Of a stretch of 17,572 bases of DNA, positions 1-6,694 are shown one piece after another. Positions within the stretch are counted from its first letter, which is position 1, and each line of letters opens with the position of its first letter. A model generated the notes under the pieces. It had not been told where the DNA came from, ran no database searches, and saw nothing but the letters and a program-made list of their open reading frames with translations. Source of the DNA: Pseudobdellovibrionaceae bacterium (GTDB taxonomy: Bacteria; Bdellovibrionota; Bdellovibrionia; Bdellovibrionales; Bdellovibrionaceae); contig JBGGMM010000163.1 in the NCBI GenBank assembly GCA_041288045.1, forward strand, positions 1 to 17,572, written 5' to 3'. The translations under genes and the position numbers were made by a program.

Positions 1-744
1 AAAACTCAGCTGCAGTACTGGCAACCAAAGCACGGTTTTCGCTTGCAAACTCGCTCCGAGAGCCCGGTCGGTGGAGGCTTGGGGGGAAGTTCCAGTCTCA
101 CCATCTCCCTGCTGAAAGCTTTCAACCAATTCTGCGAAGGCGACCTGAAGGATGTGCATCAAATGGTGGAAGTTGCGCATAACTTGGAGGCACAGGTTCT
201 CAACACCCCAACTGGAACCCAGGATTACTATCCGGCGGCCAGTGGAGGCATCAATATCCTGCGCTATTCCGCCGAAGGAATTGAGCAAACTGTTTTGGAT
301 CAAGAGACTTCCATTCTCGCTCAAAATTTCATGTTGGTTTACACTGGGAAAGCTCACCATTCAGGATTGAATAATTTTGAAGTGTTGACCAAAGCTGTGC
401 AAAAAGATTCTCAAACCATCAGGGCCCTCTGGGAATTGAAGCAGATTTCCGAAGAGACCCTTGAAGCTGTTCAAGGCGGCCAGTGGTCCCTTTTGCCGGC
501 GCTTTTTCAAAGGGAATTCAAAGCTCGCGTGGCTTTGGCTCCCGCTTTTTCAAGCCCTGAAATCGACAAATTGGCCGAAGTTTCTTTGCAGGCGGGGGCC
601 TCGGCTGTTAAAATTTGTGGAGCGGGGGGCGGTGGATGTGTCCTTGTCTGGACCGAGCCTTCTGCCAGGGAAAGGGTGCGTTCAGCATGTCAGGGGGCCG
701 GATTTCAAGTCCTCGCCGCACAACCAGTCGGAAAGCTCCGGTAA
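1..744 (+). CDS. GHMP-family sugar kinase (HddA/galactokinase/fucokinase-like), 5' end outside window
   Basis: Frame is open from base 1 (KTQLQYWQPKHGFRLQTRSES...). It carries the GHMP motif PVGGGLGGSSS, GTQDYYPAASGG and C-terminal KICGAGGGG. Stop TAA at 742-744. Confidence 0.9.
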   Translation, partial: KTQLQYWQPKHGFRLQTRSESPVGGGLGGSSSLTISLLKAFNQFCEGDLKDVHQMVEVAHNLEAQVLNTPTGTQDYYPAASGGINILRYSAEGIEQTVLDQETSILAQNFMLVYTGKAHHSGLNNFEVLTKAVQKDSQTIRALWELKQISEETLEAVQGGQWSLLPALFQREFKARVALAPAFSSPEIDKLAEVSLQAGASAVKICGAGGGGCVLVWTEPSARERVRSACQGAGFQVLAAQPVGKLR

Positions 745-1568
745 CGGGTTCCGGAGCTCACAAACCGAAAGTTCATCGGTTTGTCGGCGTCTCATTGTCA
801 GGTGGAAAATCCGACAAGGCCTGTGTTGCTGTGGTCGAGTACTTTCCAGAGCACCAGAAAATTTTTCTCGGCAGGCTTTACGAAAAAATCAAAACCGAAG
901 AGTTCATTTCTGCCGATTTGAAAATCCACGAAATCATCAGTCAATTTCACCAAGACATCGAGTACTTGGCATTTGACGTTCCTTTGACATTGCCCACTTG
1001 TGTGCATTGTCAGCTCAATTGCCCAGGCTATGAAACCTGTTCAGAAACCGAAATGGAATGGCTGCGCCAATTCTACTCGGAAGTGAACAAACAAAAAAAA
1101 CCAAAGAAAATGTTCACTCCCTATACGCAGAGAGCGGTTGAGGCCTACGTCGCTCACGGCCTCGAAGAACACTTTGAAATCCATCACGCTCTGGGATCCA
1201 ATCTGGCTCCCTTGACCGTCAGGGCCCAGTTCATCAAAAGGCGCTTAAAAATCCCAGCAGTCGAAGTTTTCCCAAAACTTTCTGTCTGGAGAATCGGCCA
1301 AGAACTGAAAGTGTCCAAAGTCCATTTGAAATACCACAAGCACTCAGTCGGCGGCGACGAAAGCCGAAAAATTTTCCTCCAAGCCCTGTGTGACAAAAAA
1401 GAAATTTTCGTCTACCAACAAGATTTCAAATCCATGGTCGAAAACAACCACGCCTTCGAAGCTTTCATCTGCGCCTACACAGCCTACCTCAAATTCATCA
1501 AAGCCACAGAACCAAAGCCGGCCGGCTTTCCACGAAAAGAAGCCTGGATCGAATTTCCGAAGATTTGA
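687..1568 (+). CDS. DUF429-like RNase H-fold protein with Cys-rich insertion
   Basis: Motifs FVGVSLSG, AFDVPLTLP, VEVFP and HAFEAFICAYTAY match the DUF429 pattern (GID/IDAPL/EVYP/DA). Insertion CVHCQLNCPGYETC. Start chosen at ATG 687 (purine-rich GGGAAAGGG upstream), overlapping the kinase 3' end; the true start is uncertain. Confidence 0.75.
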   Translation: MSGGRISSPRRTTSRKAPVTGSGAHKPKVHRFVGVSLSGGKSDKACVAVVEYFPEHQKIFLGRLYEKIKTEEFISADLKIHEIISQFHQDIEYLAFDVPLTLPTCVHCQLNCPGYETCSETEMEWLRQFYSEVNKQKKPKKMFTPYTQRAVEAYVAHGLEEHFEIHHALGSNLAPLTVRAQFIKRRLKIPAVEVFPKLSVWRIGQELKVSKVHLKYHKHSVGGDESRKIFLQALCDKKEIFVYQQDFKSMVENNHAFEAFICAYTAYLKFIKATEPKPAGFPRKEAWIEFPKI

Positions 1569-1600
1569 GTTGAGCTGAGAGCCCTTCAATTGGAACACCA

Positions 1601-1619
1601 CAACACCATCGTGGTGTTG
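1601..1619. repeat. Perfect inverted repeat/hairpin next to the transposase remnant (possible REP or IS200-type end)
   Basis: CAACACCA-TCG-TGGTGTTG, 8-bp stem; preceded by a direct copy AACACCA at 1594-1600. Confidence 0.5.
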
Positions 1620-1633
1620 CTCTGCGCGATTTG

Positions 1634-1928
1634 CTACGCAGTCGGTTTCTTTTCTGGTCTGAAAATCAGACCTCGAGTTTCCATCTGATTGATGATGAAG
1701 TAATTGAGAACCGATTTGAAATCCCGACCCCATGAAATAATGCGAGTGAAGGGGCGAAGGTCAAAAAGTGTTTCAAGAGAGGTTTTCGCGCTCTTTGATC
1801 TTGATAATCAAATGAAAGTGAGACCAATTAATAGCAAGCCCATAAACTTTCACATTGAATTTCTGAGCCTGACTGTGAATCAGCTTTTCCAGTGAATGAT
1901 TACCAGGAGAAAAAACTAATTTTTCCGT
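1634..1928 (-). pseudogene. Fragmented HUH/Y1 tyrosine transposase (RAYT / IS200-TnpA-like) remnant
   Basis: Manual translation of the minus strand. 1928-1773 reads TEKLVFSPGNHSLEKLIHSQAQKFNVKVYGLAINWSHFHLIIKIKERENLS* (HUH = HFH, 1820-1812). A shifted frame from ~1783 to 1634 reads TSLETLFDLRPFTRIISWGRDFKSVLNYFIINQMETRGLIFRPEKKPTA* (putative catalytic Tyr at 1702-1700). No proper start; in-frame TAA at 1931-1929. Confidence 0.7.
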
Positions 1929-1943
1929 TTACATTCCTTGCGG

Positions 1944-1968
1944 CTGCGAGAAGGCTTCGCAGTATTTT
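1944..1968. other. Hairpin between Nudix stop and transposase remnant (terminator or element end)
   Basis: CTGCGA(1944-1949)...TCGCAG(1957-1962), followed by TATTTT on the + strand. Confidence 0.35.
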
Positions 1969-1976
1969 AGCCAGCC

Positions 1977-2525
1977 CTAAAACTTGCCAAAATGTCGAAG
2001 CAGCCAAAACACGCAAATCTGCGTCTTCACGTCGGAGATTTCGTGGTTCCAGATTTTGGCTTGGATTTCTTCGAGAGTGAGCTCGACGGTTTCGAGAATT
2101 TCATCGGGGTCGGGGAGTTTGGGTGCTGGCTTCAGGTTTTCAGCCAGATACAGATCGATTCTTTCGTTGGAGTAGCCGATCACTGGGTGAATGTGGGTCA
2201 GAAAAGTGAGCTTGCCGGGTTGAAAGCCAACTTCTTCTTGCAGCTCCCGGGCGGCGGTGATTTCGGTTTTTTCTCCGAGATCGGCTTTGCCAGCGGGGAA
2301 TTCAAGAAAAACTTGGCCGACTGAGTGGCGGTACTGATAGATCATCAAAAATTTTCCATTGTCCAAATGGGGCACGATGGTAGCGGCGCCTGGATGCTTG
2401 ATGTATTCGCGGAAGGATTGATGGCCATTGGGAAGTTCGACTTCGTCTCTCCAGATTTTCAGGAAGCGGCCTTGAAAAACCACAGCCGAGGAGAGGACTT
2501 TTTCGATCAAATTCTTTTTCGTCAT
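1977..2525 (-). CDS. Nudix hydrolase, ADP-ribose pyrophosphatase (NudF-like)
   Basis: Complete Nudix box GKADLGEKTEITAARELQEEVG; N-terminal VFQGRFLKIWRDEVELPNG...REYIKHPGA, QYR and ISDVKT, typical of ADPRases. Confidence 0.9.
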   Translation of the reverse strand: MTKKNLIEKVLSSAVVFQGRFLKIWRDEVELPNGHQSFREYIKHPGAATIVPHLDNGKFLMIYQYRHSVGQVFLEFPAGKADLGEKTEITAARELQEEVGFQPGKLTFLTHIHPVIGYSNERIDLYLAENLKPAPKLPDPDEILETVELTLEEIQAKIWNHEISDVKTQICVFWLLRHFGKF

Positions 2526-2532
2526 TCCATCA

Positions 2533-2560
2533 AGACTAGCACATCCAAAGTCCGGGTCTA
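2533..2560 (-). promoter_or_regulatory. Sigma70-type extended -10 promoter, probably leaderless, for the Nudix gene
   Basis: Minus strand TAGACC-16 nt-(TGC)TAGTCT (2538-2533), then 7 nt to ATG 2525. Confidence 0.5.
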
Positions 2561-2629
2561 CGAGTCTTTTGTCGAAACTTGCGGAAGATTTTTGTCCTCC
2601 GTCAGCTGGGAAAATGTAAGATAAAAAGG

Positions 2630-3562
2630 ATGCGAATCTTTCTTTTTTTTCTTTTTCTGATCCCGCTTTTCCCGGACGCCGCGCGAGCTGAAGTTGAACA
2701 CACTTTGCTCAGACGAATTGCCGTTTTTCCGATTGCTGAAGCCAATTTATCAAATAATGAAGAAGCCTGGTGGCAAATGCGTGAACTTCTGACGAAGGAT
2801 CAAAGATTTTTCGTCGCCAGCAGGCGCTTTATGATCAATCGCGGGGTTTTTCAACCGCGCAAAACCCTCAAACCTGCGGATGCCATCATTCTTGGAAAAA
2901 TTTTGGATGCCCAGGCGTTGGTTGTGACTTTCCTGAAAGAGCGGACTTTGCAGATGCGAGTCTATGAAGGTGAAAATGGTTATTTGCTTTGGGAAGGGGA
3001 TGCCGAATTTCATCCTGCTTTGCCCATCAATGACCAACTCGTGCGAATGAGCACACAATTGATGAATGCCTTTATCCTGGCAGTTCCCTATCAAGCTTTT
3101 CAGGTCACCGACCAAGTGATCGGCAAAGCCGTCTATGAAGAAGACGGAAAAAGCTTTGCGCAAATTTACATCGGTGCCAACTCAAAAATTGAAGTGGGGG
3201 ACACGGCTCAGTGGATTCAAGTGGTCGGAGATGTGAATGAAGCTTTTTTCAGCAGCACCACCAAAGTGACAGTGACTGCCGAGGGCCGAGTTCAATCTTT
3301 GAAGGGCGACCGAGCTGTGGTCGAAATTCAAAAAATGTCAGACCCTTCGCAATTGAAAGAAAATTCGCTGGTTCGGTTCCCAAAGGAACTCAATCGACTG
3401 AAAGAACTTTATTCGGGTGGAGAGAAAGATTCAAATCTGGCCCCAGAATACCTGTCCTCAGAACTAAAAAACTCTGCCGAATTTTCAAAAGATCATCAGT
3501 CCACTTCGACATTCATGTTATGGGTGACAAGCCTGGCCGGCATTCTGCTCTTGGCTTTCTGA
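2630..3562 (+). CDS. Exported protein with CsgG/FlgT-like alpha-beta domain, FlgT_C-like beta domain and C-terminal membrane anchor
   Basis: Start ATG 2630 gives signal peptide MRIFLFFLFLIPLFPDAARA. RIAVFP...QRFFVASR...AIILGKILDAQALVV...MRVYEGENGYLLW resembles the CsgG/FlgT fold; IYIGANSKIEVGD...GRVQSLKGDRAVVEI resembles FlgT_C; ends in hydrophobic FMLWVTSLAGILLLAF. The CDS is solid; the fold call is pattern-based. Confidence 0.7.
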   Translation: MRIFLFFLFLIPLFPDAARAEVEHTLLRRIAVFPIAEANLSNNEEAWWQMRELLTKDQRFFVASRRFMINRGVFQPRKTLKPADAIILGKILDAQALVVTFLKERTLQMRVYEGENGYLLWEGDAEFHPALPINDQLVRMSTQLMNAFILAVPYQAFQVTDQVIGKAVYEEDGKSFAQIYIGANSKIEVGDTAQWIQVVGDVNEAFFSSTTKVTVTAEGRVQSLKGDRAVVEIQKMSDPSQLKENSLVRFPKELNRLKELYSGGEKDSNLAPEYLSSELKNSAEFSKDHQSTSTFMLWVTSLAGILLLAF

Positions 3563-4681
3563 GCGAATTTTTGGAAGAGGTCTGAAAATCTCTTTCAATT
3601 CCGGTACCTGCAGCGGCGTTTTTTCATAGGAAGAGATCCAAGACTCAGGTGTTTCCATGCAAAGAAAAACTTTCCAAGCCGGATCTTTCGCTTTCAAGCC
3701 GTGGACAACGAAATCAAACATTTCTTTGCGAAGGTTTTGGTCGTAGCGAAGCTTTCCGCCTTCACTTTGAAACATTTCTGCCGAAGTCACCCAGCTGCTC
3801 ATGCCGAAACGCTCTCGCATCAAATGTCTTTGCTCTGGCTGAAAGCGAAGGGCTCCCACTGAAACCACATGCACTTCCGAAGGCCGAAAGCGGGCGTGAA
3901 TTTCATCAATCAGGCTCTGATAGCCCTGCTGCCAACCCGAATGATAGATCAAGGGATCAATGTGAAAAGCAACTTGAAAGCCGCGGTCCGCACATTTGCG
4001 AGCCGCCTTCAAACGGGCTTCAAAGCTGGCAGTGCCATGTTCTTCTCGGGAAATCACTTCCGGAGCATTGATGGACCAGCTGACCACGACATTTCCCGCA
4101 TGCTCGCAGTCCAAGAACTGATCGACTTTATCGGACTTGGTCTTAAATTCCAAAGTCCACTTGGGAAATTTTTTGAAAAATGCGATGAGCTTTCTTGAAT
4201 GCAAGCTGATTTCATCCAAGCTCAAGCTGTCGATCACTTCGCCAGTCCCTACGCGGTAGGGAAGGTCCGGATGAGTTTCAGCCATGTCCTCGAGCTCTTT
4301 CAGAGCCTGATCAATATTTGAGTACATCTGCATAGTGGGAGTATTGAGATAACTTTGCAAATAGCAGTAAGAGCAATTCATATTGCACTGCTGACCCAAG
4401 TTCAAAACATAATAATTGCAGCAAGTGAGAACTTTTTTCTGACTGGCTCCCGGGCAACGTTTGAAGAAATGACCTTCAAAGGGTTTCACATAGAGAAGCC
4501 GTTTGCTGCGATCAAATTGCTCAGCAGACAAAGGCCCTTTGTTGGAAAGGGGAGGACCCAAAACAAATTGAATCTTCTCGGCTGGAAAAATCTGCAGAAC
4601 TCTCTGCGCGAGTTCTGAATCCCGACTTTTCTCATCGATAAAGATTTTTTCAAAATGTTGAACAATCTCGGGAGAAATCAT
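3518..4681 (-). CDS. Spore photoproduct lyase-family radical SAM protein
   Basis: CNMNCSYCYL radical SAM motif with the SPL YCY tyrosines; downstream EFKTKSD, WSINAPEVISREEHGTAS, RLKAA...GFQVAFHIDPLIYHSGWQQGY align with SplB. The 3' end overlaps the convergent gene by 45 nt. Confidence 0.88.
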   Translation of the reverse strand: MISPEIVQHFEKIFIDEKSRDSELAQRVLQIFPAEKIQFVLGPPLSNKGPLSAEQFDRSKRLLYVKPFEGHFFKRCPGASQKKVLTCCNYYVLNLGQQCNMNCSYCYLQSYLNTPTMQMYSNIDQALKELEDMAETHPDLPYRVGTGEVIDSLSLDEISLHSRKLIAFFKKFPKWTLEFKTKSDKVDQFLDCEHAGNVVVSWSINAPEVISREEHGTASFEARLKAARKCADRGFQVAFHIDPLIYHSGWQQGYQSLIDEIHARFRPSEVHVVSVGALRFQPEQRHLMRERFGMSSWVTSAEMFQSEGGKLRYDQNLRKEMFDFVVHGLKAKDPAWKVFLCMETPESWISSYEKTPLQVPELKEIFRPLPKIRSESQEQNAGQACHP

Positions 4682-5538
4682 CAGTGTTTAGTTCCCGTCG
4701 CCTCTTGTTCGAGCAGATCTTGAACTTTATTGAGAGACTGAAGATATTTTTTTAAATCCGAAGGCTGAGAAACAAATAATTTCAGTTCGATTCCGGTTTT
4801 GTCGCCTTGACGAATCCATTTGGCGTGACTGGTGCCAGGCCAGGGAAGAGAGGTCATTTTCTCTTCTTGCGCTTGATCGCGTTTGAATGTTTCAGGGTAA
4901 CGAAGCTGCTTGAGCGCGGCAATCCAGGCTTCTCCGGGCGATTGCCCATTGTTCACAAAGCTCAAAAGTTTTTGGCAAGTGAGATTTTCAACCGTTTGTC
5001 CCTGCAGAATCAATTCAATTCCCAGCTCAAGCGCTTTCACTCCAAGAGATTTGGAAAGCTGAAAATGAAGGATGTCATGAAAAAGCTGCTTGAGCTCCAG
5101 TCCATCGGCAGACAGCAAAGGAGCCAAATCCTGAGGTGACACTTTCTTTTCCGTGCACCATTTTTGAAAGCCCACCGGAGTTTTCACCAAGCGATCGGCA
5201 ATTTGGAAAAACTGATCATTGGCCTGCCAGCCGAATTTTTGCACAAGTGCAGCCAACGGAAACCAAGAAAGAAATTTTGCTTTTTGCGAAAGCCTCGCCA
5301 TTTCGGCAAAGCTGAGATCAAAATACAAAGAGCGAAACAAAGTGCAAATTCCTTCGACGTCATTTTCTTCGAGCTGATGATTAAAGACAAACTCCCGCGA
5401 AAATCCTGCCAGTACAAAAGAGTTCACAGCCACTGCAGGAAGTCCCTCGGGCCAAGACTGAAGCGGGGAAAAATCCAAGCTTTTATCGCATTGCGACATC
5501 GAGCAGAGTTGGGGAGGCTTCAGGTCAGACTTTGACAT
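4681..5538 (-). CDS. Hypothetical protein, possibly degenerate ParB-like partner of the SPL-like enzyme
   Basis: 285-aa ORF whose TGA overlaps the radical SAM ATG (TGATG, 4683-4679). VLAGFSR resembles the ParB GxxR box; C-terminal LKQLRYP...LPWP...IELKLFVSQPSDL. Confidence 0.7.
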   Translation of the reverse strand: MSKSDLKPPQLCSMSQCDKSLDFSPLQSWPEGLPAVAVNSFVLAGFSREFVFNHQLEENDVEGICTLFRSLYFDLSFAEMARLSQKAKFLSWFPLAALVQKFGWQANDQFFQIADRLVKTPVGFQKWCTEKKVSPQDLAPLLSADGLELKQLFHDILHFQLSKSLGVKALELGIELILQGQTVENLTCQKLLSFVNNGQSPGEAWIAALKQLRYPETFKRDQAQEEKMTSLPWPGTSHAKWIRQGDKTGIELKLFVSQPSDLKKYLQSLNKVQDLLEQEATGTKH

Positions 5539-5563
5539 AGGAGGATCCGGGTATCATGAAGGG

Positions 5564-5592
5564 TGGTCAGACGCAATCCAAAGTGGTAGCTT
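5564..5592 (+). promoter_or_regulatory. Extended -10 promoter, probably leaderless, for the HAD phosphatase
   Basis: TGGTCA(5564-5569)-17 nt-(TGG)TAGCTT(5587-5592), then 7 nt to ATG 5600; no SD. Confidence 0.5.
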
Positions 5593-5599
5593 TTCCTTC

Positions 5600-6676
5600 A
5601 TGGCAGATTGGCGCGATCGCAGTCAAATCACAGGAGATGTGGTCTTTTTTCGCTACGTCACTCAGGGAGTCGAAAAAAACATCGACGAAGTCTTCGTGTG
5701 GGATTTGGATAAAACCTATCTCGACACCAGTATCGATTCTTTGAGCGCTCTTTTAAAAACCGCTATTGAGCGGGCCCTCAATAAGAAAAATGTTCCAGGC
5801 ACCAGCACACTTTTGCAAGTCATTGCTCAGCGCTGGCAGGAGATCAAAGGCCAAAGCCGATTTCCACTTTATTTTATTTCAGCTTCGCCTCCGCAAATGG
5901 AAGCTCGTATCGCTGAAAAATTCACGATCGACAACATTCGCCCTTTTGGCTGCTTTTACAAAGACAACCTCAAGAACCTCACTCCCAAAAGACTGTGGCG
6001 ATTGAACAAACAAGTGGGCTACAAAATCCAAGCTCTGTTGATGCTGAGAATGAAACTGCGAGAAGATGTCAGGCAAGTCTTCTGGGGAGATGACAGCGAA
6101 TCCGATGCGGTCATTTACAATTTGTACTCAGACATTTGCGCCAGACGAATGGGAGCTCAAGATCTCAGAAATGTACTAAAGGGTTTTGCCGTCACCAATG
6201 ATCAGATCGATGAAATTCTTCTCCTGCAATCGCAAGTGCCAGAGCACGATCCGGTTGAAAAAATCTACATCAACCTCGCCGTCGACACAGATCCCGATTA
6301 CTACTTGAAATTCGGCAGAAGAACTCTACCGACCTACAACACTTTTCAAGTGGCCTGCGATCTGTTTCAAGATCAGCGAATTTCCGTCGAAGCAGTCCAC
6401 ACTGTCGCCCAAGACATGATCTTTAATTACGGCTTCGCTCCCGAAGAACTGGTGCGGAGCTTCGACGAACTCATCCGCCGTCACGTCCTCGGAGAATCCG
6501 CAGTTCAAAGGCTCACAGCCTATTTCATCGACAAAGGAATTTTCCCCGGCAACTTCACCCCCAGCATCCCCGCAGTCCGAGAAACCAAAGTCATCGAAGG
6601 AAAAGTCTTCGAGCTCGAAGGCCATTTCGAGCCTTGGGTTCAGATGCGGGTGGATTACCTGCATGATTACCGGTGA
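5600..6676 (+). CDS. HAD-superfamily phosphatase (App1/DUF2183/LNS2-like)
   Basis: HAD motif I WDLDKT, motif II ISASP, motif III Lys in GYKI, motif IV WGDDSESD. Confidence 0.8.
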   Translation: MADWRDRSQITGDVVFFRYVTQGVEKNIDEVFVWDLDKTYLDTSIDSLSALLKTAIERALNKKNVPGTSTLLQVIAQRWQEIKGQSRFPLYFISASPPQMEARIAEKFTIDNIRPFGCFYKDNLKNLTPKRLWRLNKQVGYKIQALLMLRMKLREDVRQVFWGDDSESDAVIYNLYSDICARRMGAQDLRNVLKGFAVTNDQIDEILLLQSQVPEHDPVEKIYINLAVDTDPDYYLKFGRRTLPTYNTFQVACDLFQDQRISVEAVHTVAQDMIFNYGFAPEELVRSFDELIRRHVLGESAVQRLTAYFIDKGIFPGNFTPSIPAVRETKVIEGKVFELEGHFEPWVQMRVDYLHDYR

Positions 6677-6694
6677 TCCCGCAAGCGAAAGGCA

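Noticed and set aside
615..686. Extended N-terminus of the DUF429 ORF from the track start at 615
   Set aside because: Deep overlap with the conserved GAGGGG region of the kinase; ATG 687 or a later start is more plausible.
1590..1688. 32-aa hydrophobic + strand ORF (TTG; EHHNTIVVLLCAICYAVGFFSGLKIRPRVSI), in frame after the DUF429 TGA; possible microprotein or read-through
   Set aside because: Weak TTG start with no clear SD, and it lies largely antisense to the transposase remnant and its hairpin, which explain the sequence better.
1797..1815. Fur-box-like GATCTTGATAATCAAATGA
   Set aside because: Only 12/19 matches by eye, and it is the reverse complement of the HLIIKI codons of the transposase remnant.
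5532..5557. TTGACA...TATCAT promoter-like pair
   Set aside because: The spacer is only 14 nt, and TTGACA is simply the reverse complement of the ParB-like gene's first codons.
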